A stretch of DNA of 40,610 nt from a virus (Duplodnaviria; Caudoviricetes), in IMG/VR virus record IMGVR_UViG_3300046785_000038, positions 1-40,610 of that record, one strand, 5' to 3'. Below the pieces are notes generated by a model. That model ran no database searches, was not told the origin of the DNA, and saw nothing but the letters and a program-made list of their open reading frames with translations. Positions 28,101 to 37,189 of this stretch are shown here, piece after piece. Position 1 is the stretch's first letter. The number at the start of each line of letters is the position of its first letter. Position numbers and translations under genes: made by a program.

Positions 28101-28926
28101 TGGGGACGTCGTCAGCCCGTTTGTTGATCAATCTCTGGCCTCTGAGGCTGGACAGTCACTCTATAGATCAATTATGGCGACCGCAGAAGGCGATAGTCGT
28201 ACAGCAGAGTATTACCTCGGTAAGACGTATCGAATACTCGAACCCGGTTTTGTCAAGATGGCCCGAGAACTGGTAACCGAGGCAGACGTACTCGACCCGA
28301 ACCTTGAACGGGTTGTCTCCCCACGGTATTTCGGGGCAGAAGGGAAGAAGATCGAATCTATTGAGGATGTCGGGGAATATTTCTACCGGACCGGTCTGGT
28401 CACCCTAGCCCCGGAACGTCGTTTCGAGGTGGATTCGACAACCGGCTTTGCACTTAGCAACCAGTCTCGTGATCTGAACACCGGGTGGTCGTCATATCGA
28501 CGGGGTATCGGACAGTTGCTGCGCGATCCAAGCTACACAGACCGCCTTGATTATGAGCGAATGGCTCGTGAGTACGAGGAAGAACTTGGGCGTCAGGTGG
28601 GTATTCAGGCAAACATTGCAGACCTGTTCGATGATCTTGAAGTACTGGCAGGTAGCAAGTCTGCGGCCCGGAAGGTGATGCGCGACCCCGATCTGAAGTC
28701 AGCAATGCCACGATCTCGTCGGGAAAAGGGACGTCTGTTGCGCGACCGATCAGCTGTGAAGCGTCTGTCCACCAATAATGAGTTTTGGCGGGAAATCAGG
28801 AAAAATAATCCTGAATTAAATACAGGTGAATTGCGGCGTCTGTTCCGGACAATTGAACGGGCCTATGACAACAAGAACCTGAACATGGCAGACCCGGACG
28901 ATCTGCCCGAGGTTATCTTCGAATAG
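25192..28926 (+). CDS. large internal virion/ejection protein
   Basis: 1244 aa, helical, last gene of the structural arm. DPTNILG, YLRRTY, PVGHIRN, PTYSRVP and PVIGNFMAF. Confidence 0.7.
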   Translation: MATYDQLINDEQFLGNLYNVYKELDYDIPETNQEMVDDFLSRSRYFENNIVGTFGLSSDIDKLSEEGKSQFGEVYQQVEELPTIFEEGSAPVGRAIVDNAMYAITDPTNILGIIGGVFTGGAATAGTLAAKEAAKRSATSFLKNRLKATVSAPVLKAAGVDAAISGAGGAAREAKIQETEIDVGIRDDYDPGTIALTGLLEGPGSVALGGALGTGVKAGAIGTGNLTRLARDKFEPLDRTLQPADNLTERMRTLLLPNGGLSEDAVRVSEIAEARQNDLLKRAANIEKGFNRNAAYQKIVAENDTDTLNLINRAAEGRTKELKTVRDDYGDELANLLEDGRKIIRESQNYANEVEGLRPGIKSLFDSTAEGFNPTYLRRTYDAFELGKRRSVTFDKFIKQNPDAVLDLYKTIQKDAYAPDNVKVGYARDFGFDDAAFRTADPDDAVMSQLRRRARDLYEGQVGKYDYGGSILKKRQKLEPTVERFLGKENAKVGTRIFRSVEGIVEPITQIHRANEIGRVLEADNLSVYAKNAGEAQTKFRDKTGQLLDADDLVPISSSKVLPMKRGMRSEDFSFYVPKTLGDRINKVVANPAARFSAEEGPLRMINNMLEATSFLQGAIKLGKTGYNPVGHIRNIGGMGMSVFGSGNYRGAADYLKRRSTGTEEERKQFRQLMTDLGISDTGVTFRQIMNRLGPEFERGTMNTNSIRKIAENVLKAGKVGDAARRAYQATDEFGKFMAFAGERQKVEDIWKASDDAYKDVLRDQVRQKFTRQVRDGDGNIVEQRTVGMTDDAVLDELAARKALNVMPTYSRVPVFTEYFRGVPVIGNFMAFQAEVFRNAYNIMKMGHQEMVDGFNVGNDALVRSGAQRLATLASLNAGLVGGAYAWNELNGYDEIASSLKDYLSFDKYNPIVITGIEEDEDGKRTITYRDLGYINPFNPISQIANRVMAAAASGKPIEDALAETMPGAIGDVVSPFVDQSLASEAGQSLYRSIMATAEGDSRTAEYYLGKTYRILEPGFVKMARELVTEADVLDPNLERVVSPRYFGAEGKKIESIEDVGEYFYRTGLVTLAPERRFEVDSTTGFALSNQSRDLNTGWSSYRRGIGQLLRDPSYTDRLDYERMAREYEEELGRQVGIQANIADLFDDLEVLAGSKSAARKVMRDPDLKSAMPRSRREKGRLLRDRSAVKRLSTNNEFWREIRKNNPELNTGELRRLFRTIERAYDNKNLNMADPDDLPEVIFE

Positions 28927-29373
28927 CTACTTGGCGTTCTTCACCATGGACGCACCGAAGTAGAGTCCAGTAATAGCAGAGACAAGATGCGTATCTAGCG
29001 GGGTAATGACCAGCCCCTTCATGGTCTGCCACACTGTCTGCTCTTCGCCCTCAATCAGGAATAAAAATCCCGGCTTCCATTCGGTCCAGCCGACGATGAC
29101 TGGCATGTCCGGCCAGAAGACGGGTACAACCTTCGGCCAGACAATGACTGCACCAATAGCCGACAGGGCGATGATACGGCGCGTCAGCTGAAATCCCTTG
29201 TTCTCGTACCGACGAGCCTCGTCCGTAGCCTTGGACTGCGCTGCAAGGCCGTCTATGGCCCTCTGGAAGGCCTCCTGCTTGGACTTCATGTTCTGTGACC
29301 AGATAGTCATGACGCCGCCCAACAGGCTGCTGCCAAGCATTGTAACAAGTTCTAGGGGGATTCCACCGAGCAT
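28927..29373 (-). CDS. membrane protein, putative holin
   Basis: Three hydrophobic segments, TRRIIAL, and C-terminal AITGLYFG. Confidence 0.55.
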   Translation of the reverse strand: MLGGIPLELVTMLGSSLLGGVMTIWSQNMKSKQEAFQRAIDGLAAQSKATDEARRYENKGFQLTRRIIALSAIGAVIVWPKVVPVFWPDMPVIVGWTEWKPGFLFLIEGEEQTVWQTMKGLVITPLDTHLVSAITGLYFGASMVKNAK

Positions 29374-29669
29374 TACGAGACCGCCTTCTTCAGGTATTCG
29401 ACGTCCTTTTTCAGGGCTTCTACCTCCCTGTGACGTCGCTCCATTGTATCAGGGGACATCATACCAGCCAATATCCCCATTCGTTGCAGCATCGAGTCGG
29501 TGTTGTTGTCGTTCTTATCGAGTCGATTATCCAGCTGTCGCAGCCGTGTCTCGATATCCTTTATTTGATCTGTTAATTGTTTTATTTGTTGTCGAGCAAT
29601 GGCAGCTGCGGAAACCACCGACACGAGCGTTCCGCCCAATGTCAACAGCATACGCAGGTCTATGTCCAT
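29373..29669 (-). CDS. TM plus coiled-coil protein
   Basis: Hydrophobic N-terminus LLTLGGTLVSVVSAAAIA followed by heptads. Confidence 0.65.
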   Translation of the reverse strand: MDIDLRMLLTLGGTLVSVVSAAAIARQQIKQLTDQIKDIETRLRQLDNRLDKNDNNTDSMLQRMGILAGMMSPDTMERRHREVEALKKDVEYLKKAVS

Positions 29670-29966
29670 TCATGTCTCCAAGTCTCGAAAGTCTATCTGT
29701 GTCATCAGGACATTGTTCACGAGCAAACACTGAAGCACGTGAGTCACTTCAGACATATTAAGTTGGCCTACGAGGTAGTCTTCTGACGTGCTGTCTTTGT
29801 TAAAGGTTATTACAATCATGCCGTCAACCTGTTCAGAGGCTACCTTGGCCGACACTATGCTAAGACACTCCGCCATGGTACGCAAAGACTCGGCACTGTC
29901 CTCCTCGGCGCTGGGAATCTGCTGCTTCCCCTTTAGGTAGACTACTTTATCCTTGTCATCACTCAT
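29670..29966 (-). CDS. hypothetical protein
   Basis: 98 aa, ATGA overlap with the upstream gene. Confidence 0.6.
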   Translation of the reverse strand: MSDDKDKVVYLKGKQQIPSAEEDSAESLRTMAECLSIVSAKVASEQVDGMIVITFNKDSTSEDYLVGQLNMSEVTHVLQCLLVNNVLMTQIDFRDLET

Positions 29967-30655
29967 CGGTATTTACTCTGCATGGGCCAAATTACGGGGC
30001 CGTTGACCTTTGTGGTCCGACGGAACGCAATTATGTTCGTCATCTCTACGGGCTGTTCAAATTGAAACCTGCCGTAGAGATGGTTCTTGTCGTAAGGCAC
30101 AACCTGTCGTTCCGATACGGGGCCGGTTACGCCACAGCCGCCCAGCATCTCGAAGCCATTGTCCCGGTAGAAGTCGGCATAGGCTGTGGGACTGATGTTC
30201 CAGAAGCCATGGTTCATCATGTTGAGTGGATTTACATGGACGACCACACCACCATCAGGTCGAACAGCGGAAAGGATATTAGCAAATACCTGTCCGATGT
30301 TGAAGCAATGCTCGGCAGTACCGCCGTCAATAACGACATCATATTCTTCCTCCCAGTCAGCGGGATAGTTAAGGTCAACGATACGCTCCGGACCACGCGC
30401 CTGAACAATATCTACATAGTCTACTTTCTGAAATCCTAGTTCGGAGGTCAATACTTCTGTTGTGTCGTACACCGGATGCGGCCAGTTGTGCCACGACCGA
30501 ATCTTGTCGGCGTCCTCCAGTTCTGTGTACTCACCACCGATCAGTTCGGGATCAACCAGCAGGTCTGAGTAGCCTAAACATAGGCACGTCTTGTCCTCCG
30601 GTTCTATCTGCTGGAGCAGACGATAAGTCGTTGTCTCAATACCCACGAGCAACAT
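29963..30655 (-). CDS. class I SAM-dependent methyltransferase-like protein
   Basis: VDYVDI...VDLN...YDVVIDGGTAEHCFN...NHGFWNISP...FYRDNGF. Confidence 0.72.
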   Translation of the reverse strand: MLLVGIETTTYRLLQQIEPEDKTCLCLGYSDLLVDPELIGGEYTELEDADKIRSWHNWPHPVYDTTEVLTSELGFQKVDYVDIVQARGPERIVDLNYPADWEEEYDVVIDGGTAEHCFNIGQVFANILSAVRPDGGVVVHVNPLNMMNHGFWNISPTAYADFYRDNGFEMLGGCGVTGPVSERQVVPYDKNHLYGRFQFEQPVEMTNIIAFRRTTKVNGPVIWPMQSKYR

Positions 30656-32267
30656 CCTTTATGTTTTTCAGTTCGCGTATCTTGCGGTTCTTCCACGTCT
30701 CGGCGCAGAGCGTGTCCTTCCCGATGAACGATAGTTCCATATCCATGTCGGTCTTGTCGAACAGGCGTTCACAATCCTGCGCCATGGCTAGTAGTTCTCC
30801 AGTAGTCCAGAATGGTTTGTCGTTGATCTTGACGGACAGATACTTCTCACGTTCCTTGCCGTCGTGACTGGTGATCTTGTCGTTCTTCTCCTCATCAGGC
30901 GGCTCCGGGAACGAACCATCCAGCCCGATCATGGTTGCATCACGGAACCCGAGGGTATGGAGCAGTCCGACGGCACGGGTTGCAGCACACGTACCGCCCG
31001 TTATGTAGACAGTATCTGGATCGAGGGGGAAGTCCTCCTCGGAAGCGACACGCTGAATGGCGTTCGAGTAGGCGTGGAAGCCGATGATTGTCGCCCCCTT
31101 CTCGATCAGGTGTCGGGTAACTGACGGGTCTGTCATGGACGCGACAAAGAAGATTGTCCGCTTGTCGATGTTCTCGAACAGGTCTTTGCGAAGGACGCCG
31201 TGCGTTGACTCGCCGTCGATGGGTCGTGGGTCGAGGACAATACATCCCCACGGGACGATACCGGCCTCGTGCATCTTAGGTAGTGTGTGTTTGACGCAGA
31301 GGATATGACTCTTGCTGACAAACTTTCCGTCGTAGTATTCCTGACGGAGGGTGTCGTAATCTACGGACGGCCCTGCCGATACCACCACTCCTCGTCCGTT
31401 ATGAACTCGACACCTTTCTACCCACTTCCCGATAAGTCCAGCGTTTTCCACGATGTTATTCTTGATATAATCATCCGGCATAGAGTCACGGGGCTGCACC
31501 ATGATTGGAATTTCACGAGTGTCGGCAACGGGTCCATCTTTCTTTGCTCCCTTGAAATGCTCCATGCGTTCAGACAACGGTGACGTATGGAATGCGTCAA
31601 GTGTTGTAGCATTGGGTGAAAGATTTTGCACTATCAGTCCATGGTTCTGGTGCAGGTTTATGATGCGCTGAAAGACAAAGCCGTCGTGCCATTCACGATA
31701 GCCACGAACTTCGAGTTTGTCGTAGGCAGAACGGACATCTTCCAACACGTTGAAGGCTGCTTCACGGTCGGGCCAGAGAGCGAACCGCATGAAGGATGTC
31801 TCGGCATAGTCAGCAACGGGACGCTCCAGCAGAGTCACATCCGTCTCTGTGTCGATGAATGTGTCTAGCCAGTCAACAGTGACAGGACCAGTTGTGACGG
31901 TGTCTCCGTCGAGCCAGAGCAGACTGTACGGTGTCTGATCCTCGGGGTCCGAGACGAGGCTGCGACACGTCTCAGTGATGGCGTAGACCTTGTGACAGAA
32001 CTTGACCACGTCCATGCGCCAGTTCGATGGCTCGTAGTCTCCCATCCTGTTGCGGAACAGGATCAGTTCCGACACATCATTCAGGTTGTGGTAGCTGATA
32101 TGATCTGCCTCGGGCAGACCGTTCTGCTCCAGCAGATCGAAGTCGTGGTACCAGACACGGATGTCAATGTCTTCGGACCAGTACCGAGCAACAGACTCCA
32201 GCATCCGTCGCCCATACTTCTCGAACCCGTCCTCATTGAAAGACGTTACTAATACGTACTTATTCAT
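30636..32267 (-). CDS. two-domain glycosyltransferase: GT-A-like plus Maf/MptE-like (DUF115) domain
   Basis: N-terminus VTSF...KFCHKVYA...WLDGD...EWHDGFVF...EHFKGAKK. C-terminus VVVSAGPSV...IVPWGCIVLDP...GGTCAATRAVGL...LGFR...IGLDGS. Confidence 0.72.
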   Translation of the reverse strand: MNKYVLVTSFNEDGFEKYGRRMLESVARYWSEDIDIRVWYHDFDLLEQNGLPEADHISYHNLNDVSELILFRNRMGDYEPSNWRMDVVKFCHKVYAITETCRSLVSDPEDQTPYSLLWLDGDTVTTGPVTVDWLDTFIDTETDVTLLERPVADYAETSFMRFALWPDREAAFNVLEDVRSAYDKLEVRGYREWHDGFVFQRIINLHQNHGLIVQNLSPNATTLDAFHTSPLSERMEHFKGAKKDGPVADTREIPIMVQPRDSMPDDYIKNNIVENAGLIGKWVERCRVHNGRGVVVSAGPSVDYDTLRQEYYDGKFVSKSHILCVKHTLPKMHEAGIVPWGCIVLDPRPIDGESTHGVLRKDLFENIDKRTIFFVASMTDPSVTRHLIEKGATIIGFHAYSNAIQRVASEEDFPLDPDTVYITGGTCAATRAVGLLHTLGFRDATMIGLDGSFPEPPDEEKNDKITSHDGKEREKYLSVKINDKPFWTTGELLAMAQDCERLFDKTDMDMELSFIGKDTLCAETWKNRKIRELKNIKDVARGY

Positions 32268-33064
32268 GGCTGAAGACCTTCAAAGTTTTGTGAGTTGCCA
32301 AGGTGGATCAGCTGCCTGTGAAGATACTCCCACCACTCGGTGGAGTACCGACAGTTGACATAGCCCGGATGAGTCGGCAGTCCGTGACTGAAGTGTATAC
32401 CGGCGGGAACTGTGTTGGTATCGCTGATATCTTCGATCCAGTTCCATTGTGCGGGAAGGCATCCTATCTCGGACTCTTCCAGCCAGAAGAAATTGTGCAG
32501 CCGTGTACCAGAGGCGCTGTTGATCACCTCGGTTGTCAGCTTGGCGTTGGATGGGTGGTTCATGTTGATCATCATCAGCGATGACCACAGCTTCCTGCTG
32601 TACTGACTCTGCTGTCGTCCGTCCATCTTGACTGCACCCTCCTCGGGTTGCCAGTCGAACTGGACAGTCATTACTGCTTTGTCAGGATGTCCTCTGGCGT
32701 AGTCGAACAGTTTGGTCAGGTCGTTCTGGAAGATAAAGTCCGAGTCACAGAACATGACCCAATCTTTGATTCCCATTCGACGGGCCAGTGGGATGGTACA
32801 GAACCGGGTAAATGAAAACTCCGTCGAAAATGGACGACCGTCTTCCTGATCCCAGAACTGACCGACTTCATCGACCGACCATTGACGGTCAAACAGATTG
32901 TCGGCTCGTAGTTTACGATGATTGAGGCCGTGAATTACCGGAGCCTCTTCACGGGTGTTCTCTCGAATCGACCCGGTACATGCGACGTATGCCTCAACAG
33001 TGGAGGCGTCGTATCCAATGAATATATCCATGAGGACATAATCATCAGAGACGACAACCTTCAC
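32264..33064 (-). CDS. GT-A (GT8-like, plant CDI-like) glycosyltransferase
   Basis: IFIGYD, STEFSFTRF, MFCDSDF (DxD), YSRKLWSSLMMIN, WNW and IHFSHGLP. Start may be ATG 33031. Confidence 0.8.
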   Translation of the reverse strand: MKVVVSDDYVLMDIFIGYDASTVEAYVACTGSIRENTREEAPVIHGLNHRKLRADNLFDRQWSVDEVGQFWDQEDGRPFSTEFSFTRFCTIPLARRMGIKDWVMFCDSDFIFQNDLTKLFDYARGHPDKAVMTVQFDWQPEEGAVKMDGRQQSQYSRKLWSSLMMINMNHPSNAKLTTEVINSASGTRLHNFFWLEESEIGCLPAQWNWIEDISDTNTVPAGIHFSHGLPTHPGYVNCRYSTEWWEYLHRQLIHLGNSQNFEGLQP

Positions 33065-33075
33065 AAAGACTTTTT

Positions 33076-33279
33076 TTACTTACCTCTGGTGGCCGGATTC
33101 TCTTGGGCAAGTTTCTCAGCAGCCAGACGCTCACGATCCTCGGCAGTGTTTCCGAACTTGTCGATGGTCTGATTACCCCATCCGTAAATCTGAGGCTGAC
33201 CGTATTCGTTTACATCACCAGACGGCAGACCCAGAAAGGTGCTGATACCCAGCATGATGGCAAGAACTAATTCTAACAT
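33076..33279 (-). CDS. small protein with hydrophobic N-terminus
   Basis: GGAG SD. MLELVLAIMLGISTFLG signal/TM. Confidence 0.6.
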   Translation of the reverse strand: MLELVLAIMLGISTFLGLPSGDVNEYGQPQIYGWGNQTIDKFGNTAEDRERLAAEKLAQENPATRGK

Positions 33280-33429
33280 TTACTTCTCCTTGGTTGATTT
33301 CACGTAGTCTCGATAGGCCTGTCGAATTTCCTCAACTGTGCGGCCACATCCTATGCAGTATTCTTTCTCCTCGTCAAGCCGACATGCAGCCTGACAAGTC
33401 TTACGCTGCGTTGAGATCGACAACTTCAC
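33280..33429 (-). CDS. DUF1289-like Cys-rich protein
   Basis: CQAACRLD...CIGCGRTVEEI. GTG start at 33429 with a GGAGG SD inside the RNR 3' end. Confidence 0.7.
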   Translation of the reverse strand: MKLSISTQRKTCQAACRLDEEKEYCIGCGRTVEEIRQAYRDYVKSTKEK

Positions 33430-35305
33430 ATACTCCTCCAACACAGGCCAGTGTCTGAGACCCTGCCGTATTGTCCTCTGCCTCGTACTCGCCCAGACGA
33501 TTCCAGTCAATCATCTTGGGCATACGGTCCAGCAGTTCCTGATACGTTTCCTCGTCACAGTCCTGATACGGTGCCTGTTGGTAGGTGTGATCAGAATGGG
33601 GGAGGAAGCTGATGCCGCTGCACAGATCGAAGTTCTTGTAGACCCATGCACCAACCTCCAGCCACTCGTCATCACGGACGCTGATAGTCACCGAAGGCTT
33701 GTGTTCGCACCAGCCGACAGCATAGGCCTTCCACAGTTCCAGCTGTTCCAGTGCGGTCATGTCGTTACGGGTCACCGCATACTCAGGCGAGGCCACCGGG
33801 AACGAGAAAACCATGGTCGATTCAGGATGGAATACCTCCGGCTCTGACGGGACACCCTCATCAATCATCAGCTGGGTCAACGGGTCTTTCACATCACCAC
33901 GAACAGTCCTTATGTAGTACGGGCTGTGTCGGGCATGGATACCGGACCCGGCATCGACAAGCTGCGAGACTGTGCCTGACGGCTTGACGCAGGTGATAGC
34001 AGCAGACTGCGGAATGTCCAGAATCTCGGCCCACTCCTTGTTGGTGTCCACAGCAATCTTTCGGAGTTCAGCCAGAACTTCCGGGTCGGGATGGCTGGTT
34101 ACCACCGAGTCCATGATGCCTGTCAGGCTGACACCGAGTAGACGTTCCTCCTCCGTGTTCTTCGTCCAGATGCGACGCAGGTAGGGGAACTTGGTAAAGG
34201 TAGACTGGACGGTGCCGAGTATCGTAGCGAGGCGGACCTTCTTCTTCAGCGACTCTATGGTGTCGGTACCTCGGACGACACACTCTGTCAGATTGCAGAA
34301 CTGATTGTTGCGGAGAATGATCTCCGAACACGGGTTTGTCCCCCACTCGTGACCCGCCTGACGACGACCATGGGTCTCGACATGCTTATCAGCAGCGTAT
34401 CGGGCGAAGATGCCACGCTCACCAGACTTGGATTCGACCAGTGCTGTCCACTCGCGGAGGAAGGACTCGACATCCGGCTTCTCGGTGTAGACCACGGAGT
34501 TGTTTGCCAATGCACGTTGCGGACTGCCTTCCCACCACTGACCAGACTTGGCATGACGCATCCGATCATCTGACAGATTGGACAGGCTGATCATTGCCGA
34601 GCGTCGGACACCGCCGACGACAACGATGTCACCGATTTTGCACATCACGTCGTGACACTCGATGCTGTTCAGCTTTCGACCCACCGCACCACGGAAGACG
34701 TTGATGGTAAACCGGAAGAGATCAACCAGTGGCTCCGGACCCGAGGCACGGCCACCGAATGTCTTCAGCTTCGCACCGGACGGACGCACCTTCGAGACAT
34801 CCCACTTCGGAATCTCACCAGAGTAGAGCATGGCGACAACCTTGCGATACGCCTTCGCCCAGCCTTCCTTCGAGTCGTGGACAACGATGGTGTCCTCAGA
34901 GTCGAACAGCTGATCAGGAACCTCGGGCAGCTTGGCGATGTGCTGACGCTCGACAGAGAAGCCGACACCTGTCCCGCACAGCAGGATCATCATAGCCTCG
35001 TCAAATGCCTTCATGTCGTCCACGGCAAGATATGAGCAGTTGTATCCGGCAGTGTTGTCACGGTCGAGGGCAGGTCCGGCAGTCATCATCATACGCATCG
35101 ACGGCATGATAGACAGTGACAGAATAGCCTCGCGCAGTTCCTCGACGACTGCCTCGTCCTCGATACGACGGGCAACGACGTTGTCCACGTAACGATCCAC
35201 CGTCTCAGACCATGTCTCTCTACGACCCTCCTCGGGAAGCCATCGAGCATATCTGCTGAGTGCAATGAACTGCTGGTACTGGGTGGGTAGGTGGTTGGAC
35301 AACAT
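33401..35305 (-). CDS. nrdJ: class II (adenosylcobalamin) ribonucleotide reductase
   Basis: YNCSY, GTGVGFS, VVGGVRRSA, RALANNS, GTNPCSEI, FCNLTE, TCVKPSGT and C-terminal CVGGVCE. No beta subunit nearby. Confidence 0.92.
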   Translation of the reverse strand: MLSNHLPTQYQQFIALSRYARWLPEEGRRETWSETVDRYVDNVVARRIEDEAVVEELREAILSLSIMPSMRMMMTAGPALDRDNTAGYNCSYLAVDDMKAFDEAMMILLCGTGVGFSVERQHIAKLPEVPDQLFDSEDTIVVHDSKEGWAKAYRKVVAMLYSGEIPKWDVSKVRPSGAKLKTFGGRASGPEPLVDLFRFTINVFRGAVGRKLNSIECHDVMCKIGDIVVVGGVRRSAMISLSNLSDDRMRHAKSGQWWEGSPQRALANNSVVYTEKPDVESFLREWTALVESKSGERGIFARYAADKHVETHGRRQAGHEWGTNPCSEIILRNNQFCNLTECVVRGTDTIESLKKKVRLATILGTVQSTFTKFPYLRRIWTKNTEEERLLGVSLTGIMDSVVTSHPDPEVLAELRKIAVDTNKEWAEILDIPQSAAITCVKPSGTVSQLVDAGSGIHARHSPYYIRTVRGDVKDPLTQLMIDEGVPSEPEVFHPESTMVFSFPVASPEYAVTRNDMTALEQLELWKAYAVGWCEHKPSVTISVRDDEWLEVGAWVYKNFDLCSGISFLPHSDHTYQQAPYQDCDEETYQELLDRMPKMIDWNRLGEYEAEDNTAGSQTLACVGGVCEVVDLNAA

Positions 35306-35493
35306 TATCGTATCTCCGGCACGGTAAAGCGCAGGTTGGACCTGACTTGATAGATTTTCTGACGGCCAACTGTTTCTTCCTCCACCCAGACACGGACGTT
35401 AGGAGTACCACGGTCGGCATAGTAATTTTTGATTTTATGTACGAGCCGCTGACTCGCCAATTTGCTTTTGAGATAGTCTTGTGGTTCAGCCAT
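35305..35493 (-). CDS. hypothetical protein
   Basis: GGAGG SD, coupled to nrdJ by TAATG. Confidence 0.65.
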   Translation of the reverse strand: MAEPQDYLKSKLASQRLVHKIKNYYADRGTPNVRVWVEEETVGRQKIYQVRSNLRFTVPEIR

Positions 35494-36130
35494 TATTTTC
35501 CTCCAATGCTGTCCATGAGATGGGAAATAGTTGTTTCATTTCACGACTGATGTCCAGAGCAATCTGCTCTGTCTCGGCCTGTGCATCGTCTGATATACGC
35601 AGACGACAAACCCTTGACCATGCTGCCAAACTTCCGGTCCAGTACCACTCAGTCATCATAGACTGAGGCAGTACCATACGGGCCTGTTCGGGGGCGACAC
35701 CCATCTCAAGAAGGATACCGTAGGTCTTGCTAATGTTATGGATAGCAGACTCGTACACCTTCCACGCCTGACGCATATCAGGAATTATGTCGTGTTTGTC
35801 GGACCCCTGCTTCTTATCTTCTGATCGGGGACGCCACGAAGATGGGCTGAAGAAGCGAGGCTTGTCGTCCACGTAACGACGTGACACCTCGTTCCAGACC
35901 AGTCCGACCTGATGCTTGACAAGCTGTCTTGCAACGAAGATAGGTGCCTCGATATGGAAGGTTGCCTGTACGTGACCGAACGGTGTCCAGTGATTGTGCC
36001 GTGCCAAATACTGGATCAGCTTCTCGTTCTGAGATTCGGTGTAGTTGTCTGCCTTCTTGGCAAACGACACACGCGCAGCATCGACAACAGTTTTATCGTT
36101 GCCCATTGAGTTGATGAGAGTGACTTGCAT
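35486..36130 (-). CDS. thyX: FAD-dependent thymidylate synthase
   Basis: AARVSF, HWTPF, VARQLVKHQ...NEVSRRY, EQARMVLPQ and AQAE. Confidence 0.93.
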   Translation of the reverse strand: MQVTLINSMGNDKTVVDAARVSFAKKADNYTESQNEKLIQYLARHNHWTPFGHVQATFHIEAPIFVARQLVKHQVGLVWNEVSRRYVDDKPRFFSPSSWRPRSEDKKQGSDKHDIIPDMRQAWKVYESAIHNISKTYGILLEMGVAPEQARMVLPQSMMTEWYWTGSLAAWSRVCRLRISDDAQAETEQIALDISREMKQLFPISWTALEENNG

Positions 36131-36154
36131 AGTTTTCCGATGAGTTAGTGAAGG

Positions 36155-36283
36155 TTAGTACTTACCACGCTTTCGAGCGATTGTCGAGCGACGGCCAATC
36201 TTTTTCGAGTGGCGATGTCCTGCGGGAAACGTCCGACGTTTTGTCTTGGTCTGTACGACTCGGGTTTCTACTTTCTTTGCCAT
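36155..36283 (-). CDS. 42-aa Arg/Lys-rich peptide (not in ORF track)
   Basis: MAKKVETRVVQTKTKRRTFPAGHRHSKKIGRRSTIARKRGKY. Starts 1 nt after the FkbM stop. Confidence 0.6.
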   Translation of the reverse strand: MAKKVETRVVQTKTKRRTFPAGHRHSKKIGRRSTIARKRGKY

Positions 36284-36284
36284 G

Positions 36285-36920
36285 CTATGCCGGTGTGTAG
36301 ATGATCTCCGAACCTACGCGGTGCGGATGATAGTCAAAGTTAAAAGATGACAGGGCCATGTTGATAGCGTCAGCCACTGCTCCGTACGATACGCCGTTAC
36401 CCTTCACCTCAAGGCAGAGGACAGGACGGTGGCGTTCGATGGTGCCCTTTGCCCCGCGCAATACGGCAGGTTCGTGTCCCTCTGCGTCGATCTTCAGGAA
36501 GTCTAGTTCGGGAAGGTCGAGGCTGTCAATGGTGACGACCTTGACAAAGTAGGCAGTTCCGTCAGCCTTCTGCCCCGGCGCGGCCAGTGACCACATGCCG
36601 GAGTTGCCCTTCCTGTTGTGAACCAGTGTCATCATGTCGTCTGTCCACGACGCACCCTCGTTGCGGAGTACCACGTTGTCGAGATCGTCGGTGTTCCGGG
36701 TAAGACAATCAAAGTTCTCAGGGTTAGGCTCCATCGCCCAGACCGTGTCGAACTCATCGGCAAGATGGCGTGTCCAGATGCCTACATGGGCACCGACATC
36801 GAGAGCAACACGCCGGTTCTTGGTCAGGCCGAAGGCTACCCGCCGTGTCCCGATCTCATAGTCAGGACCGGCAAAGTGTGTGTCAGAATCGGGGAGCCAG
36901 AGGCCGTTTACTTCTTTCAT
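36285..36920 (-). CDS. FkbM family methyltransferase
   Basis: LDVGAHVG, EPNPENFDCL, TIDSL, FLKIDAEGHE..VLRGA and PVLCLE. Confidence 0.88.
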   Translation of the reverse strand: MKEVNGLWLPDSDTHFAGPDYEIGTRRVAFGLTKNRRVALDVGAHVGIWTRHLADEFDTVWAMEPNPENFDCLTRNTDDLDNVVLRNEGASWTDDMMTLVHNRKGNSGMWSLAAPGQKADGTAYFVKVVTIDSLDLPELDFLKIDAEGHEPAVLRGAKGTIERHRPVLCLEVKGNGVSYGAVADAINMALSSFNFDYHPHRVGSEIIYTPA

Positions 36921-37189
36921 TAGTTTACATGCTCGAACGGGCTGATCTTTTCTTTTTCTGCTTCGAGACGGGCAATCTCACGTTCGGCGTACCACTTAAT
37001 TTTGTTCAGATCGTACAGCGTCGTTGCCCCATCCTTGCGTCCCAGACGGTAACATGCCTTGAAGATGTTTCCGACAGAAAAGTTCATCTCACGATACTCA
37101 ATAAGGTCTTGAAGTTCAGCCGCACCGGAGGGCAATTCGTAGTAGCTGGTGGACCAGCCGTCTGATTTAACTGTGGTTGAGGATGGCAT
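36920..37189 (-). CDS. DUF3310 / T7 gp1.7-like protein
   Basis: DLIEYREMNFSVGNIFKACYRLGRK...DLNKIKWY. Start set at ATG 37189. Confidence 0.72.
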   Translation of the reverse strand: MPSSTTVKSDGWSTSYYELPSGAAELQDLIEYREMNFSVGNIFKACYRLGRKDGATTLYDLNKIKWYAEREIARLEAEKEKISPFEHVN

